Positions 19,130-34,385 of a stretch of DNA of 64,000 nucleotides are shown one piece after another. The notes below the pieces were generated by a model. That model saw only the letters and a list, made by a program, of their open reading frames with translations. It was not told the DNA's origin and ran no database searches. A program made the position numbers and the translations under genes. The stretch is from Thermoplasmatales archaeon (GTDB lineage Archaea; Thermoplasmatota; E2; DHVEG-1): NCBI GenBank assembly GCA_030672305.1, contig DAOVGR010000039.1, positions 2,651 through 66,650 of the forward strand, in the 5' to 3' direction. Each line of letters starts with the position of its first letter. The stretch's first letter is position 1.

Positions 19130-19633
19130 ATGAAAATATTCAACAACCCAGAGGTTGAAAAAAGTCTTGTTGATAACTTTGAATTAGTTAAAGATGCGGT
19201 CTTTAAAAATGAGGGCTCTTCTAGAGCAGGTTTAATGCTTGGTTTACAAGAACTGGGTGCAACCTTAAGTGGATTTATTGGTGCATACTTTCAAGTAGCT
19301 TCAAATATTATTGTGGTAAATGCAACTCCTTTAAGAAGGATTATTGAAACAAATCCAGAATTGCTCAAGCCTTATGGGTTTCATGTATTGTTGCATGAAT
19401 ATATTCACTCACTTGGATTTCTTGATGAAGAAATTACAAAACAAAAAACATATGAGATTACTAGTAAATATTATGGAGATGAGCATGTTGCTACCGCGCT
19501 ATCAAAAAACATGAACCGTTTTTTTCCAAATCTTGTTTATCCAATCCAAGGATGGTTACCCCCAAAAGGAATACCAAAAATCAAACTAGTAAAAGGATTT
19601 GATTGGTCGAATACAGACAGATATATTACATAA
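19130..19633 (+). CDS. putative zinc metallopeptidase, unknown family
   Basis: 167 aa with an HEYIHSLGFLD (HExxHxxGxxD) motif. Confidence 0.4.
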   Translation: MKIFNNPEVEKSLVDNFELVKDAVFKNEGSSRAGLMLGLQELGATLSGFIGAYFQVASNIIVVNATPLRRIIETNPELLKPYGFHVLLHEYIHSLGFLDEEITKQKTYEITSKYYGDEHVATALSKNMNRFFPNLVYPIQGWLPPKGIPKIKLVKGFDWSNTDRYIT

Positions 19634-19828
19634 TTATCATTTTACACCTTTAAAATCTGATAATACTAATATTTTTTAAAAAAGCCTATTGTGAAAACCA
19701 AAATGCCATAAATTCGTCAATTGCCTATAGGATTTAAGACAAAATTTATATATGGAGCTGCATTATAATAATTCCGGGTGGCTAAGCAATTAATTTTAAG
19801 TGTCCTCACCGGTACCTTATTAAGTTGC

Positions 19829-20257
19829 TTACCCTCTCGGTAAATTTTCTTTATAATTTCTTTTTAATCCGTTTAGTATTTTATTTCTCATTGTTTCAAT
19901 CCAAGAGGGCAGCCCTTCAATAGTTCGTATCATAGAATTCTTCGCAAAAATCTCACGATAGTGTAGGTTACAATTTACTCGTCCTTCAAGATTTTTTTTG
20001 ATAGTATGGCAAAGATAGCCTCCTCTTCTATCCCAATCTGTTAGAATAATTATATCTTTATACTTTGCAGCAATCTTATCACAAAAATCAGTAAGAGAAG
20101 ATCCAATATTAACACTAATAATAGGTCCATCGACATCAAGCTTTCGAAGTGCATCTATATCTTTATCGCCCTCAACAACAATAGGAATTTGTTTATTTTC
20201 ATCTCGCAATTCTGATAAGGCCTTTTCAAGATCTTCAAGTGATTTTTTATAATCCAT
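19829..20257 (-). CDS. small Toprim-domain protein (UPF0292/RNase M5-like)
   Basis: IVVEGDKDIDAL and ILTDWDRRGG match Toprim E and DxD motifs. 142 aa. Confidence 0.7.
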   Translation of the reverse strand: MDYKKSLEDLEKALSELRDENKQIPIVVEGDKDIDALRKLDVDGPIISVNIGSSLTDFCDKIAAKYKDIIILTDWDRRGGYLCHTIKKNLEGRVNCNLHYREIFAKNSMIRTIEGLPSWIETMRNKILNGLKRNYKENLPRG

Positions 20258-20570
20258 TCAATGACTCCTTCAACATTTGTAAAACTGTATTTTCTGAAAT
20301 ATCTTCAATCAATACAGTTTTTTCCTTTGTTTTTTTACCAGATATGAGATAGATATTTTTAATTGGTTTCTTAAAAAATTCTGCAACTATTTTTACAACT
20401 TCCAAGTTTGCAAGGTTATCTTTTGCCCTTGCACAAACTTTTATTTCTATTCTTTTTCGCCATTTGTTAAAACCTGCTGGAAAAACACATTTTTCGGCAT
20501 CAGGTGTGACAAAAAGATTAATTGTCACTCCACTCCCATGTTTTTTTGTTATATCCTCAAATAAATCCAT
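20247..20570 (-). CDS. DUF167 (YggU-like) protein
   Basis: 107 aa. The pattern ...INLFVTPDAEK...IEIKVCARAKDNLANLEVVKIVAEFF is typical of DUF167. Confidence 0.65.
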   Translation of the reverse strand: MDLFEDITKKHGSGVTINLFVTPDAEKCVFPAGFNKWRKRIEIKVCARAKDNLANLEVVKIVAEFFKKPIKNIYLISGKKTKEKTVLIEDISENTVLQMLKESLNGL

Positions 20571-20656
20571 TTTAGCTGAAGCTAATAAATAAATTTTAAA
20601 TTTAAAAAGATATAGCTAAAAAAAAGAAAAAATGTAAAAAATTTTACATTTTTTAT

Positions 20657-24824
<4,168 letters not shown>

Positions 24825-24825
<1 letters not shown>

Positions 24826-26099
24826 TATTTCCCCCCTAAAGCCATATCAACAATACGAGTCATATGGGTTTCAGGGCCATATACATCGATTGGTACACCA
24901 AGCTCTTTACCAAGGTCTTTCATTATTCTTAATCCCTCTTGGTAGTTAGGTCCTCCACGTCGAACATAAATCTTTACATCTGTATCTTTTAGTTTTTTCT
25001 TATAATCACGCAGTGCCATTGTAATACCAGTAAAGGTTTTAGCAACATCTGTAAAGTTTGCAATACCTCCACCAACAAGTAAAAACTTTGGTCGACCCTT
25101 TGGGTCTTTTTCACGTGTCATCAAATCAAGAATAGTTTTTGCATATTCATATGTCAAATCAGTTGTTGGATTACCACTGTATTCACCATAATTTGCAAGC
25201 TCATCACGATATCCAAGATCAACAATTGTATCAGTATAAATAACACTGCCTCCACCACCAGCGACCATTGTCCAAACTCGACCTTTTGGATTGAGAACAG
25301 TAAGCTTGAGTGATGCACCACTTTTCTCATCCATTGTTTTAACATATTTTTCTTCTTTTGAAAGTTTTCTTCCAAATGGTGCTGGAAATGGCAGATCTCC
25401 CCATTTCGTACTATATTCAAAATGAGCAGTATCATCAATTCGAGCAACTAAATCAAGCGGTACAAGATTTTTACCTGTTACAACAAATGGATTTATTTCC
25501 AAATATGCATATCCAAGTTCGCGATAGAAATTAAATAATCCTTTAATAAATTCTGCAAACATTTTTTTATGCTCGTTTGGAGTATCTTTTGGTAATTTAC
25601 TTACGATATTGATTTTATTGATATCTTCTTCAATTGGAACTAGAATTTCTGCAACTGTTTTCCAAACCGACTCAATATCAACTCCACCATGATTTGAAAA
25701 ATAAATTGTGTCTCCATCACGGTTACTTTTTATTGCAATATAGAACTCACCTTTGTGTGGAACAAATGGTTCTATTATGAAATGAGTCAATTTATCTTTT
25801 ACTTTACCTACAGTTGTATCTTTGTTCAGCCGCTCTTTAATCCATTTTTTTGCTTCTGCGAAAGATGCATTTGCCTTTATTAAACCATGCTTACCTCGTT
25901 TCCCAAATAATTGATCTGGTTTTACAACAAGCTTTTCTTCATTTAGCCATTTATGTTTCTTTGGCAGATCATCCAGTTTTGTATTTGGATTAACAAGGAC
26001 AATTTTTCCTGGGTAACTAAAGCTCTTTCCAAAATACTCAGTCCAGTATTTTGCAAGCATTTTTTTCCCATTATATTCTCTTATTCCTCTCTGTGCCAT
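24825..26099 (-). CDS. aclB: ATP-citrate lyase beta subunit (ATP-grasp)
   Basis: 424 aa. MAQRGIREYNGKKMLAKYW...KPDQLFGKRGKHGL matches the ACL N-terminal ATP-grasp part. Translationally coupled to aclA. Confidence 0.88.
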
Positions 26100-26118
26100 T
26101 TTTTATCTACCTCTTTTT

Positions 26119-28065
26119 TTAAGCTTTATTTTTCATATATGCAAGTGTACCACCTGCAAGTATAATCTCACGTTGTCTATCTGAGAGATTATAATCCACC
26201 TCAAACTCTAATTCTTTTGAGGTGTTCTTGACCTTCAAATTTTCTCCGTTTTTGATTACATTTTTAATATTTGGTATTTCAAGATCATCTCCCTGTTCAA
26301 TTTTATTATAATCACTTTCATTTTTGAATGTCAAAGGAATAATACCAAAATTAATCAAATTTGCAGTATGAATTCTTTCAAATGATTTAGCTATCACTGC
26401 TTTTGTCCCCATAAACATTGGACAAAGCGCTGCATGTTCTCTAGAAGAGCCTTGGCCATAGCTAAGACCTGCGATAAAGATATTTGATTTTCCGCTGTCA
26501 CGTATTTTTTTTGCTCGTTCATAGAAATTCGAATCCACTACTTCAAACAAAAATTCCGAATACTTTGGAACATTTGATCTATATTTCATTTTGCTTCCAG
26601 CAGGAATTATATGATCTGTTGTGATTTGATCTTCTACTTTAATTGTTACTTCGCCAGTAATTGAATCAGGCATTGGTAATGCTGCTGGAGGATCACCGAT
26701 ATTTGGTCCACGATTAATCTTGATATTTTCGGGGTGTTCCGTCGGATAAATAAACATGCTATCATCGATATAGAATGATTCAGGCATCTGAACATTTGGA
26801 TATTTAATACCTCTTTTCTCGAGATCACGTGGATCTGTCATTTTACCTGTGATTACCGCTGCTGCTGCTGTTTCTGGACTAACAAGATATGCTTGTGCAC
26901 TTTTTGTTCCTGATCTTCCTAAAAAATTTCTATTACTCGTTCGTAATGATACTGCTTCGGTTTTTGGTGATTGACTGTTACCAATACAAAAGCCGCATGC
27001 TGATTCAGCAATTCTTGCACCAGCCCCAATAAGATCTGTAAGTCCACCGTCTCGTGTAATGTTTTCAAGAACCTGTTTTGAACCCGGTGCTATTACAAAG
27101 CTGACATTTGGATGAGCTTTCTTACCTTTTAAGATATTTGCCACAGTCATAAGATCCTTATAAGAAGAATTTGTACAACTACCAAGGCATACCTGATCTA
27201 CTTCCATTCCTTCTAGTTCCTTAACAGTTTTTATGTTACCCGGGCTGTGTGGATATGCTGTTAGAGGTACAATTTCACTTAAATCAAGATCAATTACTTT
27301 TTCATATTCAGCATCAGAATCTGCATTAAGTTCTGACCAATCTTTCTCACGATCTTGAGCTTTTAGAAATGCTCTTGTCGTTTCATCACTTGGAAAAACA
27401 GAAGTTGTAACACCGCATTCTGCACCCATGTTTGTAATAGTTGCTCGTTCGGGAACAGATAGTGTTTTAACTCCATCTCCAGCATATTCAAAAACACAAC
27501 CAACATTTCCTTTTGTTGTAAAAATCTCAAGCATCTTTAGAACGACATCTTTTGCAGCACACCATGGTTTGAGTTTACCTCTAAGATTAACTTTTATGAC
27601 CTTTGGGCATGTTAGATAAAAGGAACCACCTGCCATTGCAACAGCAACATCAAGACCTCCAGCTCCTATTGCAACCATTCCGATTCCACCGCCAGTTGGA
27701 GTATGGGAATCAGAACCAAGAAGGGTTTTACCTGGTCTTCCAAAACGCTCTAAATGTACCTGATGACAGATACCATTACCTGCACGTGAATAGATAATTC
27801 CATATTTTGTCGCTACACTCTGTAAATATTTATGATCATCAGCATTTTCAAAACCAATCTGAACAGTATTATGGTCAACATAGCTTACAGATAACTCTGT
27901 CTTAACTTTAGGAGCACCCATGGCTTCAAACTGAAGATATGCCATAGTACCTGTTGCATCTTGAGTTAATGTCTGATCAATCTTAATAGCAATTTCTTTT
28001 CCAGGTTCCCATTTACCTTCAACTATATGTTTTTCTAATATCTTTTGAACTATTCCTTTTCCCAT
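26119..28065 (-). CDS. acn: aconitate hydratase (short, Aquifex-type)
   Basis: 648 aa. Aconitase Fe-S ligand blocks are present (DSHT, LGSCTNSS, CGFCIGN), followed by a swivel domain at the C-terminus. Confidence 0.88.
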   Translation of the reverse strand: MGKGIVQKILEKHIVEGKWEPGKEIAIKIDQTLTQDATGTMAYLQFEAMGAPKVKTELSVSYVDHNTVQIGFENADDHKYLQSVATKYGIIYSRAGNGICHQVHLERFGRPGKTLLGSDSHTPTGGGIGMVAIGAGGLDVAVAMAGGSFYLTCPKVIKVNLRGKLKPWCAAKDVVLKMLEIFTTKGNVGCVFEYAGDGVKTLSVPERATITNMGAECGVTTSVFPSDETTRAFLKAQDREKDWSELNADSDAEYEKVIDLDLSEIVPLTAYPHSPGNIKTVKELEGMEVDQVCLGSCTNSSYKDLMTVANILKGKKAHPNVSFVIAPGSKQVLENITRDGGLTDLIGAGARIAESACGFCIGNSQSPKTEAVSLRTSNRNFLGRSGTKSAQAYLVSPETAAAAVITGKMTDPRDLEKRGIKYPNVQMPESFYIDDSMFIYPTEHPENIKINRGPNIGDPPAALPMPDSITGEVTIKVEDQITTDHIIPAGSKMKYRSNVPKYSEFLFEVVDSNFYERAKKIRDSGKSNIFIAGLSYGQGSSREHAALCPMFMGTKAVIAKSFERIHTANLINFGIIPLTFKNESDYNKIEQGDDLEIPNIKNVIKNGENLKVKNTSKELEFEVDYNLSDRQREIILAGGTLAYMKNKA

Positions 28066-28235
28066 ATAAATCTGCCTCCCCTTGAATAAATAGGTGTTAT
28101 TGGGTAGTATTGGTAATATAAATTTACTACTTAAATTATTTGTAGATTAGCTCTATAAAATTTATACATTTATGAAGGAAAAATTCTTATAATGAAAGAA
28201 TATTCAAGCAACTCTGTATAAGGAGGAAAAAACTT

Positions 28236-28931
28236 ATGATGATAATAGTGAGATTATTTCCAAAAACTGACCTAAATAAGGTCTGGCATTATGTTGAAAA
28301 TGTTATAGCAAAAGAATCATCAGATGTCGTGACACCGTTATATTCAGCACAGTTAGAAGGAATGATGAGTGTTGGTGTAATCTTTAATGTGAAAGATCCT
28401 GATAATATCGAACATTTTTTAACTGAAACGCTTTCTGGTTTTGATGAGTGTCATCACACTAGAACTATATCACTTATGAAACCAGTATTTTTCCCAATTC
28501 CAAAGAAGAAACCAGAACATGTTCAAAGGTATATAATTAGGATATACACCCATCCAAAAAATTACAAGGTAATCTATGACTATTTACTCAATTACAAATA
28601 TCCTTTTAACATGTTTCCAATTTATATCTCATATTCTTTAGGTGATGAAGACCTTGTTATAAATGTTGCTGCTGATTCAAGCCAAACAGTTCATAACTTT
28701 CTTAGAGAGAAAATCCGTATAATGGATGGTGTTGACTCCTCAGCATTTTATCCTGTTGTTAAAGCAAAACGTTTTGCACCTCTTTCAGATCTAATAAAGG
28801 TCCAGCAGGAACATTTAGCAGATAAAGCAAAAAAAATACCAAAAAGTGATTTGGATCAGTCTTTTGATTTTGTTGAGGATTTCGAAGAATATGCACTTTT
28901 AACTGGAGCATTTCCTAGAGATTTGGAATAA
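28236..28931 (+). CDS. tandem Lrp/AsnC-type ligand-binding (RAM)-like domain protein without HTH
   Basis: Two repeats of a beta-alpha-beta-beta-alpha-beta-like pattern (IIVRLFPK...VGVIFNVKDPDNIEHFL; YIIRIYTHPKNY...DLVINVAADSSQTVHNFLREKI..MDGV). No DNA-binding motif seen. Assignment is by pattern only. Confidence 0.35.
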   Translation: MMIIVRLFPKTDLNKVWHYVENVIAKESSDVVTPLYSAQLEGMMSVGVIFNVKDPDNIEHFLTETLSGFDECHHTRTISLMKPVFFPIPKKKPEHVQRYIIRIYTHPKNYKVIYDYLLNYKYPFNMFPIYISYSLGDEDLVINVAADSSQTVHNFLREKIRIMDGVDSSAFYPVVKAKRFAPLSDLIKVQQEHLADKAKKIPKSDLDQSFDFVEDFEEYALLTGAFPRDLE

Positions 28932-28996
28932 TAATTGAATTGTGGAAGATTGAATTATTATATTAATAATAAAAGGGAAATTTGGAATGGGAAAAT

Positions 28997-30952
28997 ATGG
29001 TTGAAGAAAATATTTCGGTATTACTTGATGAAAAACGAGTTTTTAAACCAAAAGAAGAGTTTGTAAATCAAACAAACGTCAAACAGTGGATGGATAAACA
29101 TGGAGTAAATACTCTTGAAGATTTACACGCAAAAGCTGAAAACTGGGAATGGTTTTGGGGGGAAATTTCAAAAGATCTTGTTGAATGGTATAAACCTTAT
29201 GACAAGATTGTTGAGTGGGATGCTCCATGGGTTAAATGGTTTGTGGGTGCAAAGTACAACATAGTCCATGATGCATTAGACAAACATGTAAAAAGTTGGC
29301 GAAAGAATAAGGTTGCATATATTTTTGAGGGTGAACCTGGAGATGTTAAGAAGTATACATATAATGATCTCTATATCGAAGTAAATAAGCTTGCAAATGC
29401 CTTAAAAAAAATTGGTTTAAAAAAAGGCGATCGTGTAGGCATTTATCTTCCAATGATACCAGAATTACCAATTGCTATGCTTGCATGTGCTAAGATTGGA
29501 GCGATTCACTCTGTTGTTTTTTCAGGTTTTAGTGCACTTGCATTTAGAGATAGAATTAATGATTGCAAGGCAAAAGTTGTTATCACATGTGATGGATTTT
29601 GGCGAAGAGGAAGAAAAGTTTATCTTAAAGACCAAGCAGATGTTGCTCTTGAAGAAGCGCCAAGTGTTAAAAATGTTATTGTGTGTAAAAGAACTGGCGA
29701 TGGTGTTCCTTGGACTGCTGGTCGTGATGTATGGTGGCATGATCTAATTTTTGATTCACCTAAAGAATGTAAAACTGAAGAACTTGATGCAAATGATCAT
29801 TTATTTTTCTTATATACCTCTGGTACAACAGGTAAACCCAAAGGTATTATTCATGCCCATGGAGGATATGCAGTTGGTACTGCTTACACCCTAAAATGGG
29901 TTTTTGATATGAAGGATGAGGATATTTGGTGGTGTGCTGCAGATATTGGTTGGATTACAGGACATTCATATATTGTTTATGCGCCATTGATTCTTGGTGC
30001 AACATCAGTTTTATATGAGGGTGCGCCTAACTTCCCACAACCTGATCGTTGGTGGCAGATTATTGAAAAATACAATGTGACTCAACTTTATACCTCGCCT
30101 ACTAGTATTAGGTTGTTCATGAAATATGGTGAAGATTGGGTAAAAAAACATGATCTTTCTACACTTAGAATTCTTGGATCTGTTGGTGAACCAATAAATC
30201 CTGAAGCATGGATGTGGTATTACAAACATATTGGAAATGAAAATTGTCAGATTATGGATACCTGGTGGCAAACTGAAACAGGCCATTTTATGCTTTCACC
30301 TTTACCGATTACACCATTGAAGCCAGGTTCTGCAACTAGAGCATTGCCAGGTCTTGCAGCAGATGTAGTAAATGAAAAAGGAGAATCTGTTCAAAATGCT
30401 GGTGGAAACCTAATATTAACACATCCCTGGCCAGGAATGCTGCGAGGTATTTATAAAAATCCTGAGAGGTACAAAGAAACCTATTGGAAGAAATTCAAAG
30501 GACTTTATCTTGCTGGAGATGTCACTCGAATAGATAATGATGGATTCTTCTGGATTCAAGGTAGAGCAGATGATGTTCTAAATGTATCAGGCCATAGGAT
30601 TGGAAACTCTGAAGTTGAATCTGCACTTGTAAGCCATCCCCATGTTGCTGAAGCAGCAGTTATTGGTAAACCTCATTCTCTTAAAGGAGAATCTATTACT
30701 AGCTATGTTGTTTTGAAGGGCAATATTAATCCTACAGATCAACTACGAGAAGAACTTCGAAGTCATGTCGGTCATGAAATGGGTAAGATTGCTCGTCCTG
30801 ATGAGATATGGTTTGTTAATGATGTTCCAAAAACTCGTAGTGGTAAAATAATGAGACGAGTAATTAGGTCAAAAGCACTTGGGAAAGAAGTTGGAGACAT
30901 TTCAACACTTGCCAATCCTGAAGCAGTAGATGAGATTGCTAAAGCAAAATAG
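28997..30952 (+). CDS. acs: acetyl-CoA synthetase (AMP-forming)
   Basis: AMP-binding motif [18 protein letters not shown], and C-terminal [11 protein letters not shown]. About 650 aa. The track ORF starts at a TTG at 28982; the first ATG is at 28997. Confidence 0.92.
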   Translation: MVEENISVLLDEKRVFKPKEEFVNQTNVKQWMDKHGVNTLEDLHAKAENWEWFWGEISKDLVEWYKPYDKIVEWDAPWVKWFVGAKYNIVHDALDKHVKSWRKNKVAYIFEGEPGDVKKYTYNDLYIEVNKLANALKKIGLKKGDRVGIYLPMIPELPIAMLACAKIGAIHSVVFSGFSALAFRDRINDCKAKVVITCDGFWRRGRKVYLKDQADVALEEAPSVKNVIVCKRTGDGVPWTAGRDVWWHDLIFDSPKECKTEELDANDHLFFLYTSGTTGKPKGIIHAHGGYAVGTAYTLKWVFDMKDEDIWWCAADIGWITGHSYIVYAPLILGATSVLYEGAPNFPQPDRWWQIIEKYNVTQLYTSPTSIRLFMKYGEDWVKKHDLSTLRILGSVGEPINPEAWMWYYKHIGNENCQIMDTWWQTETGHFMLSPLPITPLKPGSATRALPGLAADVVNEKGESVQNAGGNLILTHPWPGMLRGIYKNPERYKETYWKKFKGLYLAGDVTRIDNDGFFWIQGRADDVLNVSGHRIGNSEVESALVSHPHVAEAAVIGKPHSLKGESITSYVVLKGNINPTDQLREELRSHVGHEMGKIARPDEIWFVNDVPKTRSGKIMRRVIRSKALGKEVGDISTLANPEAVDEIAKAK

Positions 30953-31084
30953 GACAGATAAGCTCTTTATTATATATTTTCACTCTTTTTCCTTAATAAC
31001 TGTTAAATAATGCTTAAGTGTTTTAGTCGCAGAATTATAGGGAGGAAAAACTTAGTTTTTTAATTAGTAGGAAGAGTGGAATAA

Positions 31085-31945
31085 ATGGATTTCGAAGACA
31101 TGAAAAGTGGTATAATTAATCTTATAAAAAAAGCAGAAACTGAACTACCAAATGATGTAATTAATGCTTTAAAAAATGCACTTGAAATTGAGGATGGTAT
31201 TGCAAAAACTCAGATAGAGGCAATTCTTAAAAATATAGATCTTGCAAAAAAAACAAAGCGTCCTATGTGTCAAGACACTGGAATTCAGACTTTTTTTGTA
31301 AATGTTGGAGTAGATTTTCCACAAATTAACAAATTAAAAGATTTAATTACAGATGCCGTTAAAAAAGCAACTAAAGATGTTCCACTTCGTCCTAATACCG
31401 TAGATCCTTTTACAGGTGAGAATCATAAAGACAATACGGGTAATCAAATTCCATATATTACTTGGGAGTTTATTGAAGGAAATGATGTTTATATCACAGC
31501 TTTTCCTAAAGGTGGTGGAAGTGAAAATATGAGTAAACTAGGGATGCTTAAACCTGGTGTAGGTATTGAAGGTGTTAAGAATTTTATTGTTGAGGAAATG
31601 ATTAAAGCTGCTGGCAATCCATGCCCACCAACAGTAGTTGGTGTAGGAATTGGGGGTGGAGCAGACCTATCAATGAAACTAGGTAAAAAAGCTCTTTTAA
31701 GACCAGTTGGAGAACGTCATAATGATAAAGCGATTGCTGCAATTGAAGAGGAATTAATTAACCGAATAAATGATAGTGGCATTGGTCCGATGGGTCTTGG
31801 TGGAAAAACAACTGTTTTAGATGTCCATATTGAAAAAGCACATAGGCATCCTGCAAGTCTTCCTGTTGGAATCGCTGTACAATGTTGGGCAGATAGAAGA
31901 GCACAAATGGTAATTCATTCTGATGGAAGCTGGGTGGTGAAATAA
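31085..31945 (+). CDS. class I (Fe-S) fumarate hydratase / tartrate dehydratase alpha subunit
   Basis: PMCQDTGIQ motif and 286 aa, immediately followed by the beta subunit. Confidence 0.85.
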   Translation: MDFEDMKSGIINLIKKAETELPNDVINALKNALEIEDGIAKTQIEAILKNIDLAKKTKRPMCQDTGIQTFFVNVGVDFPQINKLKDLITDAVKKATKDVPLRPNTVDPFTGENHKDNTGNQIPYITWEFIEGNDVYITAFPKGGGSENMSKLGMLKPGVGIEGVKNFIVEEMIKAAGNPCPPTVVGVGIGGGADLSMKLGKKALLRPVGERHNDKAIAAIEEELINRINDSGIGPMGLGGKTTVLDVHIEKAHRHPASLPVGIAVQCWADRRAQMVIHSDGSWVVK

Positions 31946-32494
31946 ATGGAGTATCATCTAAAATTACCAGCAAGCAAAGATGAAATTAAAAAATTTAAAA
32001 TTAGTGATATTATTTTTGTTACTGGGAAAATATTCACAGCTCGAGATGAGGCACATCATATGATGCTTGAAAAAGGAAAAAATGCCCTTCCGTTTGATCC
32101 GTCTGAAATGGCATTGTTTCATTGTGGCCCTCTTATGAAAAAAGAAAAAAATAAATGGAAGGTCTTATCAGCTGGTCCTACAACAAGCAGTCGTATGGAG
32201 ATTTTTGAGGATAAATTCATTGAAAATTTTGGAATAAATGTCATTATTGGTAAAGGTGGTATGGGTGAAAGAACTGAAAAAGCACTTCAGAAATTTGTTG
32301 GTGTATATACTGCGTACACTGGTGGTGCAGGTGCACTTGCTGCAGATAAAGTAGAAGAAGTTTTAGGTGTTTACTGGCTTGAAGAACTTGGTATGCCAGA
32401 AGCTGCTTGGATATTTAAGGTAAAGGAATTTGGACCACTTGTTGTAGCAATAGATTCACATGGAAAATCAATATATAGAGAACTGAAAAAATAG
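31946..32494 (+). CDS. class I fumarate hydratase / tartrate dehydratase beta subunit
   Basis: GKIFTARDEAH and GPTTSSRM motifs; 182 aa. The start abuts the alpha-subunit stop. Confidence 0.85.
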   Translation: MEYHLKLPASKDEIKKFKISDIIFVTGKIFTARDEAHHMMLEKGKNALPFDPSEMALFHCGPLMKKEKNKWKVLSAGPTTSSRMEIFEDKFIENFGINVIIGKGGMGERTEKALQKFVGVYTAYTGGAGALAADKVEEVLGVYWLEELGMPEAAWIFKVKEFGPLVVAIDSHGKSIYRELKK

Positions 32495-32514
32495 ATATTA
32501 TAAAGGTGATATGA

Positions 32515-33339
32515 TTGCATATTGATCTATCAATTGATCCAAAAGAGATATCTATTATTATAAAAGATTTTATTAAAACATATGTAGAAAATTCTGGTGT
32601 AAAAGGTGTTGTTATTGGTTTATCTGGTGGTGTTGATTCAGCTGTTACAGCTATATTGTGTAAGGAATCTCTTGGTAAGAAAAACGTTTGTTGTATTTTC
32701 CTTCCAGATGAGTCAACACCAGATAAAGATTGCAAACATATTGATTTAATTGTAAAGAATTTTAATCTGTTTTGCGAAAAAAAAGATATTTCAGATGTTG
32801 TAAAAGCAATTGCTAAAAATTCAATAATAAAACCTGATAAGTACGCACTTGCAAATATTAAGGCAAGGACAAGAATGATTCTTCTTTTTGAATATGCTAA
32901 TATGAAAAGTAGTCTTGTTTGTGGAACTTCAAATAAATCTGAGATGTTGGTTGGATACTTCACAAAATACGGCGATGGAGGTGTTGACATCATGCCATTA
33001 GGTGATATTTATAAAACCCAGGTTTGGGAACTAGCAAAATTTCTAAAATTACCTAAGGAGGTTATTTCTAAAGCACCAGCCGGGGGACTGTGGCATGGAC
33101 AAACCGATGAAGGAGAACTTAAACTTAGTTATGATCAATTAGATAAGATATTAGCAGGTTTAGAAAAAAAGATTGATATTGATGAAATCTCGCGGATTGC
33201 AGATGTAAAAAAATCCGAGGTTGTCCGTATAAAAAACATGAGGATTAAAAGTCAGCATAAAAGTAGAGCTCCTTTAATTCCAAAAGTTGGTATTCGAACA
33301 CCTGGTTATGATTGGCGTTCACCAGTAATTGAAGGATAA
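32515..33339 (+). CDS. nadE: NH3-dependent NAD+ synthetase
   Basis: PP-loop GLSGGVDSAV plus the GTSNKSE..GYFTKYGDG block. TTG start preceded by AGGTGA. Confidence 0.88.
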   Translation: MHIDLSIDPKEISIIIKDFIKTYVENSGVKGVVIGLSGGVDSAVTAILCKESLGKKNVCCIFLPDESTPDKDCKHIDLIVKNFNLFCEKKDISDVVKAIAKNSIIKPDKYALANIKARTRMILLFEYANMKSSLVCGTSNKSEMLVGYFTKYGDGGVDIMPLGDIYKTQVWELAKFLKLPKEVISKAPAGGLWHGQTDEGELKLSYDQLDKILAGLEKKIDIDEISRIADVKKSEVVRIKNMRIKSQHKSRAPLIPKVGIRTPGYDWRSPVIEG

Positions 33340-34367
33340 GATATATATTTTTCAATATTTAAAAAGATATATTCATAACGCGATTTAATACTATTTTCAT
33401 TAAGCATATCTGTTTTGAGTTCTACTGATTCCTCTACCCAAATATCATCCCCTATAATAGATATATTTCTGTAATGGATACTCCCTTTACAGTCATCAGA
33501 TTGTACATGAAGTGTAGGATACATGCTACTATTCAAAGGTAAATCATTGTATAAATTTTGATTGCTATCATACACTACAGCATGATGCGTGTGACCTGCT
33601 AAAACAAGTTCAGCATCATACTCATCACATAAATCGATAAAATTCTCCCTATTTCTAATTAATACACCGCCAATAAATCCCCATTTGTTACGTTTATTTA
33701 CAGCAGGATGATGCATTAAAACAATCTTTTTTTGGGAAGTATTTTTAAAAGAATCCTCAAGCCATTCAATATCACAATTATAAAACCCTTCACCACAAAT
33801 ATCAATCCAAGTAAATGGATTTAGATAATAATTAGGTCCAGAATCCATAAAAAACAAACTCACGTTTTCATGGGTAACTATATATCTATCATTTTCATCA
33901 ATATGGTTTTTATCTATATACTTATGATAGTTTTTCAGATTTCGATTAAAACAATAATCATGATTCCCAGGTGTTGTATAGACAGGAATTGAAAGCTCCT
34001 CGTCAGCATATAATTGCCCATCCATTTCATAAAAACAATCAGCAAAAGCCATACAATTTAAAGCACCAGTAACTCCACTTCCACCCCATTCTGTTAAATC
34101 ACCAGTAATTACAATAAATGCTGGTTTTTTCTCAAAAGAAATAATGTGGTCAATAACTGTTGATAATCTTGCCTTTGTTTTTTCAGTAATATCATATAAC
34201 TTATGTTTGATGTGTGTATCTGTTAAATGGACAAAATAAAAATCATCGTTATTTTGAAAAATTAATTCATCTTCAATAATCCTATTAAAACCAACTACAA
34301 CAAATGTATTACATAAAAATAGAATTAACAGTATTATTATAATCAGCTGAAAATTGAATTTTTTCAT
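33306..34367 (-). CDS. membrane-anchored/secreted calcineurin-like metallophosphoesterase
   Basis: N-terminal hydrophobic anchor. Motifs HLTDTH, GDLTEWG, GNHD and GHTHH. The 3' end overlaps the nadE 3' end by 34 nt (convergent). Confidence 0.75.
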   Translation of the reverse strand: MKKFNFQLIIIILLILFLCNTFVVVGFNRIIEDELIFQNNDDFYFVHLTDTHIKHKLYDITEKTKARLSTVIDHIISFEKKPAFIVITGDLTEWGGSGVTGALNCMAFADCFYEMDGQLYADEELSIPVYTTPGNHDYCFNRNLKNYHKYIDKNHIDENDRYIVTHENVSLFFMDSGPNYYLNPFTWIDICGEGFYNCDIEWLEDSFKNTSQKKIVLMHHPAVNKRNKWGFIGGVLIRNRENFIDLCDEYDAELVLAGHTHHAVVYDSNQNLYNDLPLNSSMYPTLHVQSDDCKGSIHYRNISIIGDDIWVEESVELKTDMLNENSIKSRYEYIFLNIEKYISYPSITGERQS

Positions 34368-34385
34368 TAAAATATTATAAATCTT

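Noticed and set aside
19745-19828. GC-richer island (CCGGGTGGCTAAGCAA...GTCCTCACCGG...TTGCTTACC) after a TATA-like box, between the convergent HExxH and Toprim genes; possible sRNA or tRNA-like element.
   Set aside because: I could find only interrupted alternative pairings, with no T-loop or anticodon-arm pattern. This is too weak to call without transcript or conservation data.
32415-32993. 192-aa minus-strand ORF antisense to nadE. Similar long antisense ORFs occur at 3640..4092, 8295..8684, 24302..24945, 38445..38795, 44404..44809 and 50630..51037.
   Set aside because: They fully overlap well-supported genes on the opposite strand, have low-complexity or hydrophobic translations without motifs, and are the expected shadow ORFs of AT-rich coding DNA.
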